Origin: the human T2T-CHM13v2.0 reference genome, Homo sapiens
NCBI RefSeq assembly: GCF_009914755.1
Contig: NC_060927.1
Length of the DNA stretch: 64,000 nucleotides
Reading direction: 5' to 3' (one strand)
Shown here in pieces: positions 37,425 through 50,295 of the stretch. A model generated the notes under the pieces. That model was not told the origin of the DNA, searched no databases, and was given only the letters and a program-made list of their open reading frames with translations. Positions within the stretch are counted from its first letter, which is position 1, and each line of letters begins with the position of its first letter. The translations under genes were made by a program, and so were the position numbers.

Positions 37425-40393
37425 GTATGGCTCTTCCCTGTCTTGTTTCTGTTCTCCTGGTGTCCAAACATCTTCTTTCCACCACCCTAGATGGTCTCTT
37501 TCAGTATGAAAAGCCCCATTAGGAGGAGAGCTTCTATCTTCTTTCTCCTCAGAAGATGAATCTGAACTATCTACATGTGTATCTAGGACAGAGAGAAAAC
37601 ATCACTTGGGATCTTTGGGGACCTTGACCATGGTGGCCAAGCTTGTCTGTTGTTGCAGAAAAGTCAGCTGCAGTTTTATAGATTCAGAAATAACTCTGGA
37701 AATGGACCACCAAATGCAGATAAGGTACTTAGTTGAGAAGGCTTTGAAAGAAATCTACATTTGTAGTATTCCACTTACTAACAATGATATCTCAATGGGT
37801 TAAAGTCAAGATATCTTGCCATACTGTAAGTTCTCCATTTCCTATGTACATGAATTTGAAGACAGACCATGATGAATAGAAGAGAGACCACTGTTTCCAG
37901 AAGAAAGTCAACCTATCACCTTCTTTTTTTTGTTTGTTTTCTTTGTTTGTTTGTTTTACAAAAAATCTATGGTACAGCTGGTAACAACACAAGACGAATT
38001 TCACTCTCAAGAAATGTGTGTGCCCTCATCCATCTTCCTGCACTGGAATAGAAACCCAGCCCAGTGTAAAACTCACTGCCTGAGATGCTCTCAGGAAATC
38101 ATACCTAAGACTGATCTAGAATTTTCATCTTCCTTTAATGGGTTAGTAGCTGAGTCAATTTGGCAATGGACCTAGACTTATTAATGTAAATGAGATAAAA
38201 CATCTCAAAAATCACTAAAAGAAATCTCATTCCTGCGTCTTATGAACCTTTTTAAAAGATGTGTTAAATTTGTTTTATTTTCTTCTGCAACATTCTTCGT
38301 CTTTTCTTCCTCTTCAATTCTTGTTAGCCATTGTCCAAGCTCTCTTCACTAATATGCTGTCATCTTTTTTAGGTTCCTAGATCTAGAAGTGCTTTATTCA
38401 TATCATTATTGGGAAAGCCATGGAATTGCCTCTCTCAATAATATTTTAACTCAATAAAATATGTTTAGTCAAAGTCTTACAGCTACTTCATATATTATCT
38501 TTAGGGGGAATGTCACCATCTTTCTGTTCACTGCTCTCTTAATGCACTCAGGGGTCAAAAAGCCATCTGTGAAATTGGAAGTCACATTTGAGAGTCTGTC
38601 CCATTAGGCCGCCATCTTCCTGCTCTGGTTTCCCTCTTGAATAGCTTCGTCCTCACACTTCTTTCAGCATAAGTGTGGTGGGTGCTGGGAAATGACACAC
38701 CACCTGCTCCCGCCAACCCCTCAGGAGTTTCAGCTGGGTCACCAGACTCAGATCCACTTGAGTTTATGCATATTTCCCATTGACTTTTACATTAAGAATG
38801 TTGCTGAACCACGACTTTCACTTCTGTGCAGATAATTTTCTCTTCCCCTTTAGATGCTGACATATTTAAGGATCATGCCTTGGAAGGCTGGGTACCAGAT
38901 AAATTGGATAACTCTTAAGGGCTCAGATTTCTCCAGTAAACATCAAAGAGTGTTGGGGAGGCGGGCTTTCAGTCCTGTACTCTGTTTGCTCGTGTTATTA
39001 ATTGTTGTTATGGCTTGTGGTAATGGTGCTAGTGACTTTAATGTTGTTATTTATGTCATGTGCTTAGAGCGATGTGTTCTGGACTGTATTTCATCCCAGA
39101 GAGCACACATCAGCCCCACCCCCACCTGCTTTTGTCAGAGGAGGAGTAAAGAGCTTTCTCACTTTATGACCCTACTGGATAGTTACAATTTGGGGTGAGT
39201 TCACCAGCTGCTGGATGCCTGTAAAAGGACAATTGATAGTTCTGCCCCATCCTTCACCTCCATTTGTGTGTAGCATTTGCCAGTGCTGCCATGTTGTGCA
39301 TTCTGCTCAGAGAAGGTTCAGTCTTCTCCATGACTCATGTGATATTGGGGAGAAATGATGCATTTAGTAGTTTCTATGATGCCCAGTAGCATGACATAAA
39401 GACCTCTGCCCAGTTACTCTGCCCAGTTACCATTCTGTAGCAGAGACCCATCTCCTTGTAATTCAGAATATCCCAGAGCGAATCCTTGTGGATGTTAACT
39501 TACTATGCATAACTTCATGCAATTTTAACAGAAGACACTCCTGCAGGGAACCAATTTTTCTCCAGGTCCTTTTCTCCTCTACCATCACTCTCATTTCCCT
39601 CATACCCTGCCCCACTGAGGCTGACTCTTCAGTGCTAAAAGAGCTGGTGTGAAGGTCAAATTGTTTTAAAAGTAAGGAATTTGTTAAGGTAAGATTTATG
39701 CCATGTAACTGGCAATGTTTCTCTTAGCCACTTGAAATACTTGAAGCAGGGGGAAAACTTGGGTTGCAACATGGCAACAAAACATGAAAAGAAGAGTCGG
39801 AAGTCCTTTATTCTTCCTTTATTTTTTTCTCTCTCCCTCCCTACTTCCTCTCTCCCTCCTCTTCTTCCCTCAGGCTTTTACTGAATACTTCTTATATGCT
39901 GGATGTGGAGTTCCAGAGGCGAATAAACAGACTCAGAGGTCTGACAGATTTAGTGGGAAAAACTCAGGCCAGTAACAGTTAATTATTCCACACCATCCAC
40001 ACAGGCATGTATTATGCAAAGAGCAGCATCCAGCTTGCTGTTCTTGGAGGGGCTGAGCATATCAGGAAGGCTCTGCAAAGAATGACCTTTGGCCTGAGCC
40101 TTCAAGGATAAACACTAGTAGAAAAAGTAAGTTTTTATGAGGCGTATGAGAGAATGAGATAGTGACAGAAGAGGAAAACTAAATGATTTAAGAAGGATAA
40201 TGAACATGACCTTCCAGCAGTGGACATGCTATGCTGGACAGCCTGCAGTAGCTTGCAAGAGCCAATTATGCACATCTGTTTCTAGCCCCATGTTTAGTGA
40301 CACCATGTTGGTAGCTTGACATCAGCCATAGTAGAAGTATTTACATCATGGGAATGGGCAAATGCTACAAATCCTGAGCCTGCCCTCTGTTTG

Positions 40394-40470
40394 TTCTTTC
40401 GTTTCTTTTCTCTTTTCTTTTCTTTTGCTTTCTTTTCTTTTCTTTTCTTTTCTTTTCTTTTCTTTTCTTT

Positions 40471-40513
<43 letters not shown>

Positions 40514-40545
40514 CTTTCTCTCTCTCTCTTCCTTTCTTTCTTCTT
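40394..40545. repeat. (TTTTC)n/(TTTC)n/(TC)n compound microsatellite
   Basis: Direct reading of the sequence. Confidence 0.97.
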
Positions 40546-40609
40546 GACATCAATCATAGTGGGAGTATTTACACTATGGGAACTGGAAAATGCTACAAAT
40601 CATGAGCCC

Positions 40610-40730
40610 CTTCTTTCCTTCCTCCCTTCCTTCCTCCCTCCCTCCCTTCCTCCCTCCCTCCCTTCCTCCCTCCCTCCCTTTCTTCCTTCCTTCCTTCCTT
40701 CCTTCCTTCCTTCCTTCCTTCCTTCCTTCC
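40610..40730. repeat. (CCCT)n/(CCTT)n microsatellite
   Basis: Direct reading of the sequence. Confidence 0.97.
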
Positions 40731-43700
40731 TGGAGAGCTGGTAGTTGAACACTTATAAGCACACCCCCACCCTCCAGACTATGTAAAGTTATTTCAAAGA
40801 GGTTGCAGAAGAACTACCCTGCACCAGCTAAATATAGAGCCAGAGGAGAAGGCTATGTTTGTTGCAGGAGGGATTAAGTTTAGAGTTCAGAAAGATCTTT
40901 ATTCATTAAACATTGTTTCTGTGCATGTGACTGGGGGTGATGCTGGAAAAATATACTCAATGCCTAACAAGTCCTGCCATGCAGGGGTTATTGTCTAAAG
41001 CACACACATTCAATGCCACTCAGTGAGAGGAAGGCAGTGATTGAGAGCTCAGATGAGGGCCCGGAGAATGTGTAGCCCTGGAGATGGGAGAGAAGGCTTG
41101 ATGGCAGGAGAGGACTCAGGGAAGAGGGAACAAAGTGGCCTCTGAGGTTGTGAAGGCTTTGGATGGACTGACATTGTGTGTCACATCCTGAGAACAAGGG
41201 GAAAGAAAGTTGCTGGAGAGGGATTGCCTGTGGGTAAGTACTGAACACTAAATCTGGAGAATCAGGCCAAGATCTAGAGATCCAGAGGCTGCTATATGAA
41301 TTTTATCCCATAGAAAATAGGTTTCATAGCAGGGTGGGTGAAAGGACCAAGGTTCTAGCAAGCTGAATCCTATAAATGCTGTGCTTGGATTGGACTGGAA
41401 GAGGGGGATGGGAAACAATCGCTAAAACCTTGGAGGTGGGAAGACAAGTTATGAGGTTTTGTTTAGATGTTACAGAGAGGCTTTGAGATGGTTGATGCTA
41501 GGATCAAGGCTGCATTTAAGTGACTAAGCTTATCCAAACTGGGGTATACCCAAATGAATGTGATGAATGGAGTGACTAGTGAGCTTGGTGCCTGGAGGTG
41601 ATGGGGAGTCATAGCATGGAGGCTGTGATCAGAAATGAGGGGCATCAGGTTAAGGGAGAGTAAGGCTGCCTGGCACCCAGGTTGTGGGGAGTGGCAGTTG
41701 TGCATGTGAGTGAAGACCCACGGAGGGAAAGTTCAGAAATTGTGAGGCTGAAAAGTTGCATCAGCTGCCAAAGTTTCTCCTAAAGTTGTTGCAAATGTTG
41801 ATCAAAGAAATAAAAATATAATAATTGTGAGCCAGGTGTGATGCCACCCAAGAAGACAATAATAAATCATTAATTATTAAGTAATTATTTGTTTAATGTT
41901 CGTCTTTCCTCACAAGGCTCAAAGTTCTATGGGAGCAAGGGAATGTATGTGTTTTGTTGGTCTGGTACCTGGCCTAGTGCATGGCACTTAAATGCTCAAT
42001 TAAATATTTGTTGTATATGGCGAATGAAAGTAGGTCCTTGGAGGGAGAACATGGCAGTTAAAAATCTGGAGAACTAGGTAGTGTTTGGGAGAATGAAGAG
42101 AGACTGGACAGGTGGCATGAGATCATGAGTCATTTGATGCTCTGAAAGTGGCCCAGTAGAGTGAAGGAAAGCTGACTCTTCCTCTTCTCACTGCAGATAA
42201 TGAGAGTAATTGAAGTATCTTCACAGAGGGCAGCAGGTTACCTTGGTATCTTCAGAGAGTACCAGTTTATTGTTACCATGAGTCTGACTAATAGGCATCA
42301 TGTCATAGGTCAACTCCAATGCATTGGTTAATTCTGGTCAGTTTGATCAGTAGACTTGCCCAGAACATGAATCAGGGCTCTACAGCTTGAATGGCACTCC
42401 TGGGTGCAGTGTGAAACCTGTATAACTGTATGCAACAGCCTAAGCATGACTGTCAGTGTATGACTACATAGGTAAAGGTGTCACTAGAAGTTGTTGGCAG
42501 AAGAAGACATGCCATTTGTATTTTCATGAATAAATATGTCTCCTCTGACTCTAGCAGCTAGTGATTCAACATTTCCAGGAATGGATGATCATCTGGAAGA
42601 AGGAAGCTTGCAGTGAAAGGGCTGTGTGAGAATAGTTGGGATGAGGGAATGTGTGATATGTGTGGATGGGGATGGAGTCATCTGTGAGGCCAACAAAGGC
42701 CCGGGTTTCCTTGGGGATGATTTGGCAGAAAGGTCACTTGCAAGTTTGACAGTCCTGGGGTCATTCAGAGTGCAGATGGACAGCATGAGGGTAGCTCCAC
42801 ATTGAATAGAAGTTACGGCAAGAAGCATTTCTAGGAGAAGAAATCATAGACATGTCTCCAGGAACATAGTCAAAGTAGCTAGCATCTCTTGAACACTCAC
42901 CGTGTGTCTGACAATACTCTACATCTTTCACAAGCATCGTCTTATTTAAGTCTCTTATTGCTCTGTGAGTTAGAGCATATATATCTGTATGCATGTATAT
43001 TTTCTTGTAACTGGTAAGGAAATCAACATTCAGAGGATAGCTTGCCGAAGGCTGTGCTGCCAGTTAAGTTTATGATAGAGCTAGAATTTAAACCCAGCTA
43101 GAGCTGATCCAGATCTGGAGAATGTAACCCTCACATGAATGTAACCCTAGGGCTGTTGCGTATAGTTACAGAGTGGCCAGCTGCCACTCTTGTTGCTATG
43201 GAAAAGAGCAGCTCAGTATACAGAGGCATTGCTTCCGATGGCATTTTGGAATACCCATTGCTTCTCTCTAGCAGTTTTGAATACTCAAGCCTCGTTGTTG
43301 GGAATTATGATACCATCCTAGAATTCATTATTACTCTATTGTGATGCTACAAAGACTGTCCCACATGCCCTGGAGAGAGCATGGTCCTCATAGAATACCC
43401 TGGTCCTGTCTTCTGGTTTTCTTCTTCTAAGTGTGATCAGTTATCAGCGTTAAGAAGGACAACAAGGACTGAGATATTTAGCATCTTTAATTATAAGTGC
43501 TTGCTTATGAAAATAAGCTAATTACATATAAAATGTAGATGTATGTATGTGTGTGAAGATATATACACTCATATGTGATATATAGGTATGCAGTTGTTTA
43601 ACAACTATAAAAAGCTACAAGAAAAGAGAAAACCATTTTCCCTCACTCTCTGGATATTAGGTATTGTGAATACCGTGGCTGTCAAGCAGGTTCCATCTCA

Positions 43701-44335
43701 TGTGCCAACTCAGTGGCCTGGTAATGAGTATCTGAGGAACTCTGATGAAAGGGTGAAGATGGTTGTGATCAACTAATAATGTCTATCCTCTGTGCAGGGT
43801 CAGGAAGTGGTGGAGTGTGTACCATGGTTCTGCTCTCCCTGGTTTAGCCGTAACTCATTTATCTTGCACAAGCTAGTGTGTTAAAACTTGCTTGAAATCA
43901 TGCTTTAAAACCTAGTTTAAATGTATTCTTTAAAAATTCCATTTCTGGTGTAAGCTTGAATTAGTAACTAGAAGCTCTGCTTTCCTTTTTTTCCCCCCAA
44001 GGCAGTTTTTGACTTCAAAATGCTGCTTTTTTAAAAAAAGTGCAATTGTGTGTAGATTTGAGCTGTGCATAACCAGAAGCTACTGCTTGAAATACCTGCT
44101 GGCAGGTGAATGTTTCGTTTTCAAAAATTGAGAATTCTTTTCTTCTGATTTTACATACAATAGTTGAGGCATTTAATGCTGCTGAAGCACTTTTTCTCTC
44201 TTCCTCATTTTGTCAAGGAAGGTAGGAAAGAGGAATTGGCAAGGAGCTGAAACTTGCAGGGAATAATTTCAGCAGCTATCTGGGATGAAATGCATAGGAA
44301 TTGGTTAAATTACCCTCAGCTGACAGCCTTGAGGG

Positions 44336-44522
44336 CCAGGTTCTCAAATAGATGAAGCAGGCATTAGAATCACCTGGAGGCTGCTAAAACCCAGGTCACA
44401 GGCCCCACCTACTGAGCTTCTGATGCTGTGGGTCTAGGTGGGTTTTGGGAAAGTGCATTTTCTAACAAGTTCCTAGGTGATACTGATGCTACTGGTCAAG
44501 AACCACAGTTCGAGAACCACTG
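44336..44522. mobile_element. MER5A MITE
   Basis: ggttctcaaa...gcattagaatcacctggagg...tgcattttctaacaagttcc-aggtgat-ctgatgct...gagaaccactg. Confidence 0.85.
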
Positions 44523-45354
44523 CTGAGCACATTGGCCACTAGACTGACCTACACCTGGATCTGGGTCCTAACCAAATAGATGTCTGGCTATAGGAGAGGA
44601 CCCAATGTCAGACACAAAGATGTGTGCCAATCAAAGTCCAGTGGGACCAAAATTAGGCTGGCCACATTTACTGTCAGTAAAGAATCTGTGTGAAAAGAAT
44701 CAACCACAACCACTCCCCAGCACAGTCGTTTCCTTTAAGCGTCTGTCTTAAATATAACGTTAATTCTTGAATTGCTGGAAATATTTTCTAGGTATTATGA
44801 ATTTTTATTAAAAATGAAAACGTTATGGCCATGATTTGGAGCTCAAGTAAAACGAAGCTCTTTAGAGTTCAGATGATGGCGAATCGAAGTACCACAGACA
44901 TCAAGTCCTGGCCCTAATTACAGGAAAATTATCAAAATGCAAAAATAGTTTCTTGTAGATACTATATTAAACTGAAGTCAAAGATCACAGGCGACAGCAA
45001 TTTCTTAGATTGTAAGTGACACAGGGTCTTGATTTCCTGTTTGTTATTAATAATAGCAATACGCCCATCGACTCCTGCCTCTCTATAAGGCTGTAGGTTG
45101 TGGTGTGCTCAAGGGCCAGAAACCCAGACTTTAGCATCCTAGGCTTACCTGAAGACACCCTCCATGCTCAGGCACCTGGCAGGGAAACTTCACCATGTCC
45201 CCTGGCAAAAAGCTCTGATGTGTCTTAGATCAGTCACCATAAGTCTCAAAAGGCTGCAGAAACCTACTTTTCCTCTCTTTTCTCTTCCAGTGAGACTCCC
45301 CTACTCTGCACTCCCCCTCCCAACTACCTACTTCTGTTTTGTCTTTTTAAAACA

Positions 45355-45652
45355 GGCCTGGCATGGTGGCTCATGCCTGTAATCTCAGCACTTTGGGATT
45401 CTGAGGCAGGCAGATCACCTGAGGTCAGGAGTTCGAGACCAGCCTGGCCAACATGGAGAAACCCTGTCTCTACTAAAAATAAAAAAATTAGATAAAAGTG
45501 GTGGCACAAGCCTGTAATCCCAGCTACTTGGGAGGCTGAGGCAGGAGAATCTCTTGAACGTGGGAAGTGGAGGTAGCAGTGAACCGAGATCACATCACTG
45601 TACTACAGCCTGGGCAACAGAGCGAGACTGTCTAAAAAAATAAATAAATAAA
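45355..45652 (+). mobile_element. AluS (Sx/Sq-like), first of head-to-tail pair
   Basis: Dimeric Alu with gatcacctgaggtcaggagttcgagacc and a (TAAA)n tail. Confidence 0.94.
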
Positions 45653-46019
<367 letters not shown>

Positions 46020-46791
46020 TCAACACACTGTTGGTAAGGCAAGACAATTGGTCACTTCTTTTTATTATATAACAAGGAGAAAGCTAAGTTCTGGAGAAAT
46101 GAAGGGCCCGCCAACATCCAATGTCTCAGGTGTTGTTTGCGTGTAGACATGGAGCTTCTTCCTCCACTCACTACCAATTTTCCTCCCAACTGTACTCAGG
46201 GGCCTACTTAATTACAGGGGCGAACATAATCTCCTGGTGAGGATTAGATATTAAGTGGCATTCTTTGCAGTTGGTGCTTTGAAAACCTCCTGGCTTGGAG
46301 AATATGAAGACACTTCTTTGCCAGACAGGAAAGGAATTCTTTTACAGAATTTCCATTCTTTAAGTCACTGCAGAGCAGATTTCTGAGAGCAGTGACACCA
46401 TGACCACGAAGGTAACCAACCACAAAGTCCACCATGCCCTACCCAAAGAAGGCATGTTTATATTTTATAATTTTTAAAAACTGTATGATGAGTTTTTAGA
46501 CTTGAAGACCAGTCACAAAGATTAAAAATTAAATAACGTTTCCCAATTAGGAAAGTAGTTTGATTCATACTGTCCTATACATCTTCATTGATTTCTTCCT
46601 TCCTTCTTTTCTTCTTTCTCTCCTCTCACATCTATAAAGTCCATACTATGTGCCAGGACCTGTGCTGTATGAGGCAGGCTATATGTGTGCTTTGCTTTCA
46701 AAAGTATTCAGAAGTACAGAGAGAAATTTCAGGAATGCCATGGCTTTTGGCAGTTCACTAATTCATTTGAAAAGAGCTTGGATGGTTTAAG

Positions 46792-47152
46792 CCTATGGTT
46801 TTCAGCCTGAGCGGCATGTCAGTATCACCGGGCAGCCAGGCCTGGCTTCATGGACCTGTGACTGGTGCATTTTCACAGGGCCGGATGTTCAGAAGGACAT
46901 GCACTTGGTTTAATGCTCTGCTGTTACAGTATTGAAATTCTCAATAGTTTTTGAACAAGGAGTCCTGCACTTTTACTTTGCACCGTGCTCTGCAAATTAT
47001 GTAACCAATCCTTTGGGCAGCTTTTAAATATGTCAATGTGCAGGCTGTATCCAAACCAATTCATCAGAATCTCTGAAGTGAGGCCCAGGCCTCTGGACTC
47101 TGTAAGTCTCTTCAGGTGATTCCATTGGGCAGCCAACTTTGAGAACCACTGA
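46792..47152. mobile_element. MER5A1-like MITE split by a nested element
   Basis: tggttttcagcct...tcagtatcacc-gggcagc [insert] ttttaaa...aaccaattcatcagaatctctg...caggtgattcc...tttgagaaccactg. Confidence 0.7.
46837..47013. mobile_element. MER91-like hAT-Tip100 MITE nested in MER5A1
   Basis: caggcctggcttcatgg...ttggtttaatgctctgctgt...ttgaaattct-aata-tttttgaacaagg...gcaaattatgta. Flanked by an 8-bp TSD, cgggcagc (46829-46836) and tgggcagc (47014-47021). Confidence 0.7.
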
Positions 47153-47529
47153 GGTAGAACAGAAGTTCTCAACTGGAGTCTTTTTGTGTGTTGTGGGGGA
47201 CATCAAATTCACCTGGAGCACTTTTCCAAACTCCACACACTGATAGGTAGAAACTGATAAATACACTGATTTCCAAATATTCTGATGCCACCCAACTCCC
47301 AGGCAGGAGGCTTATGTGAAAGACATCTGCCTGTTAAACAGTATCACTTCTTTTGTTCTCACATGGATATTGAGTTGCTATGACAGTCACTATATATGAC
47401 TTGTTGGGACCTGCACATTTGGGGCATGATGGTCCCTGAACTATAACTTCATATCTATGTAGCTTTATTCCCCATGTCCCTGCCAACTGAAACATAGCTA
47501 TCTAGAGGCAGTATGGCAGGAAAAGATGG

Positions 47530-47715
47530 GTATGGACCACAGCCCTGGCTGTAACTCCCAGCTGTGTGATTGGGACATGTTTTCCTTGTGCCTCAGTTTC
47601 CTTATTATTTAAATGGCCATAGTAATACCTACCTCACAGGAGTGTTGTGAAGATTGAATAAGTCACACAAAGTGCCTAGCACAGTTCCTGGCACATAGTA
47701 GGTGGTTAATAAATA
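47530..47715 (+). mobile_element. MIR SINE
   Basis: Core gtgcctcagtttcctt...taaatgg...atagtaatacctacctcacagga-tgttgtgaagattgaa...cctggcacatagtagg. Confidence 0.85.
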
Positions 47716-47899
47716 CACATTTGTGTGCTGTCTCCTCCACAAAGAAATATTAACACACCTTTACCCTCAACTATCAACTCTGGCTTTTTTCTAAAAGAAA
47801 ATAGAGCCCATTATTATGACAACAAGGAAGAAATACTAACCAATATTCTTCCATTAGTATACTTACCAAATATGTAATTTGTGTTCATTCAGCTCATAG

Positions 47900-48018
47900 T
47901 TATATATATATAGCATATATATGCTACGTATCTACATGCATACATATATGCTACATATATACATGCATACATATATCTAGACATATATACATACATCCAC
48001 ATATACACACACATATGT
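47900..48018. repeat. (TA)n/(CATA)n low-complexity alternating purine-pyrimidine tract
   Basis: Direct reading of the sequence. Confidence 0.9.
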
Positions 48019-48397
48019 GACAGGTCTGTATTGTCTAGTACTTTTCTTTAAATTTTACTCATTTTAATTACTAAATAAGTTAAGCTATTGTAGTGTTTGT
48101 CTATAGAAGATGATGCTGCAGTAAATATATTTTTAACATACAAATTCAAATAGTGGTACTTCTATTTCTGGATAAAGCAGAGATAAGAATCTTCAGCAGT
48201 TTGTAACCCAAGAGTGAGCAAGGCAAAAGCCAAACATATAATAATAAATATGATACAACAACTTTTACTGGCATGTCTGCTATGTGCCAAGCACCACAGT
48301 GGAGTGGATGTGCAAGCTACAAACAGGAATGAGACTTGGTCTGACCTCCAGCAGTTCACCAAAAGAGTATATGATTCAATGTGAAAAGCAGTGTTGC

Positions 48398-48612
48398 AGC
48401 CAGGTGCAGTGGTGCACACCTGTGGTCCCATCTACTCAGGAGGCTGAGGCAAGATGATCGCTTAGCCCAGGAGCTCGAGTATAGCATGAGCAACATAGTG
48501 AGACCCTGTCTCAAAAAACAAAACAAAAAAAAAGGAGTGGAAGGGAGGAAGGAAGGAAGGGAGGGAGGGACAGAGGGAGAAAAAGGGAGGAAGGATGGAA
48601 GGAAGGAAAAAG
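48398..48612 (+). mobile_element. Monomeric Alu (FLAM_A-like) with A tail followed by (GGAA/GGGA)n
   Basis: Single monomer agccaggtgcagtggtgcacacctgt...gatcgcttagcccaggag...caacatagtgagaccctgtctc, then an A-rich tail to about 48533 and a GA-rich repeat. Confidence 0.85.
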
Positions 48613-49161
48613 AACAGCCCCCCCAAAACACATAGTGTTGTAAATGATATTTATCTGAGTATTAGGTCCATGTTGAAATCTTCCTAATGGTGCTTAACCA
48701 GCCTCTACTCCAGCCCCAGGTTCTATCAAGTTCTGTTGACTCTGGAGAAGTTTTGCATAACAGTCCTTTCACACAGCTTCCTTCCAATCTTTTTTGCAGC
48801 AAGAAAACAAAAGGAACTCCCAAATGAATCACAGGAGCAATGTTAACTTGTCTTTCTAATATGGCAAGTAATTTATCTGATTGCTCAGTTTGCTCCATCA
48901 TTTTCTTCCAGAAGTGGAAAGTGAGAGAGAAAGTTTTCTCAGCAGAAAGCCATGTTTCTTCTGCTGCACTTACAAGTAGACACTGAACTGCTTCACATGA
49001 AAGAATTGGAAGTAACCAAGCCAAATTAAATTATAAAATAACTTTTGAAAGCATGTTAAACAGGATTCAACAGATTTTTTTTTTTTTTTAGGCAGCTATG
49101 AAATAATGTCACCATAATTGTTTCTACTCTTGGTGACTTTACTGTGAAAATGTTTCAACGC

Positions 49162-49540
49162 TGTGGCATGCATGGAGGTGTGCAGCTCATGCCTGTTTGG
49201 AGAAATAACTTGCTATTCAGCTGCCAAAAGTGCAGTTAGCTGACAGCCTCCAGCTGCAGCACCTTCAGGGTCGGCCCCGGCTTTCCTGCAGAGGCCCAGC
49301 TCTTCCCAGCAGCCCCCAGCCAATGACTGAGCATGGCAGGGATGTGAGGGCTGGGCTGCTTTTGCAATGGGAACTCTGCTCTGGCTCTCCCTTTGGGTTA
49401 GCTGGGATTTCATCAGGTCTGCATGGTGATCTTGGGCTGTCTCCGCCCAATCCTGCTTCCTCTCACTTTTGTCTTTCACAAGTGAACCTCTTCCCTTCCT
49501 AACTCCTCAGTGTCTGTTTTCTGGGGCACCCAATAAACAC
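49162..49540 (+). mobile_element. ERVL solo LTR (LTR16-like), sense
   Basis: Starts TGTGGCATGCATGGAGGTGTGCAGCTCA. Contains cagccaatgactgagca (CCAAT) and gcccaatcctgcttcct. Ends tctgttttctggggcaccc. Confidence 0.7.
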
Positions 49541-49739
49541 AAATGCTCTCCCAGCAGTGTAGGAACATAAACAGTATACATCTCATTCAGAGGGCCAAAG
49601 TACCTGAACATGTCTCCTATCCCCTGAATGTTCTTGCACCAGTATCTGCTAAAAATGAATCATGATCCTGCCAAAGTGAAACTGACCATTTCATTTCAAT
49701 TATTCAGCTGGCACACAATGGAAAAATTAAGTGTGGGGA

Positions 49740-49807
49740 AAAACAAACTCACATATATTCTGAAATTCCACTTAAAACAAACTCACATATATTCTGAAAT
49801 TCCACTT
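49740..49807. repeat. Perfect 34-bp tandem duplication
   Basis: aaaacaaactcacatatattctgaaattccactt occurs twice, at 49740-49773 and 49774-49807. Confidence 0.97.
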
Positions 49808-50047
49808 TAGTTACCCAAACTATTTCTAAGTACCAAGGTAAGGAATGTACTTTAGTAATCCTTTTGTGTTTGCCATGAACTGGTTACAGCCAAAACAATA
49901 TAGTTACAATGAGAGAAGACTGTTTTAATTTCCGCCACTTTAATCACAATTCCACTTGGGGCACCATTGTTCTCCATTAGATGACTTCCCTCTTGAGTCC
50001 ACAGACTGAGAAGGAAGAGGATATTAATGGCATTTTTGCTGTTGCAG

Positions 50048-50295
50048 GGGAGTTTGGAGAAGTGTACAAGGGGCGTTTGAAACTGCCAGGCAAGAGGGAA
50101 ATCTACGTGGCCATCAAGACCCTGAAGGCAGGGTACTCGGAGAAGCAGCGTCGGGACTTTCTGAGTGAGGCGAGCATCATGGGCCAGTTCGACCATCCTA
50201 ACATCATTCGCCTGGAGGGTGTGGTCACCAAGAGTCGGCCTGTCATGATCATCACAGAGTTCATGGAGAATGGTGCATTGGATTCTTTCCTCAGG
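50048..50295 (+). CDS. EPHB1: EPHB1 coding exon (probably exon 11), kinase subdomains I-V
   Basis: Acceptor tttttgctgttgcag|G and donor CTCAGG|gtaaga. 248 nt, phase 1->0. Encodes [30 protein letters not shown]...[15 protein letters not shown], including the VAIK lysine. Confidence 0.98.

Larger units (their letters stand above)
40218..40768. mobile_element. MER63-like hAT-Blackjack element with internal duplication and two microsatellites
   Basis: cagtgg...gcaagagccaattatgcacatc...gttggtagcttga-atcagcca...gagtatttacac...aaatgctacaaatc...ggagagctggtagttgaacac...agcacacc. Confidence 0.7.

Noticed and set aside
40294-40762. Lys/Arg/Glu-rich and Phe/Ser/Leu-rich ORFs
   Set aside because: These are translations of the microsatellites.
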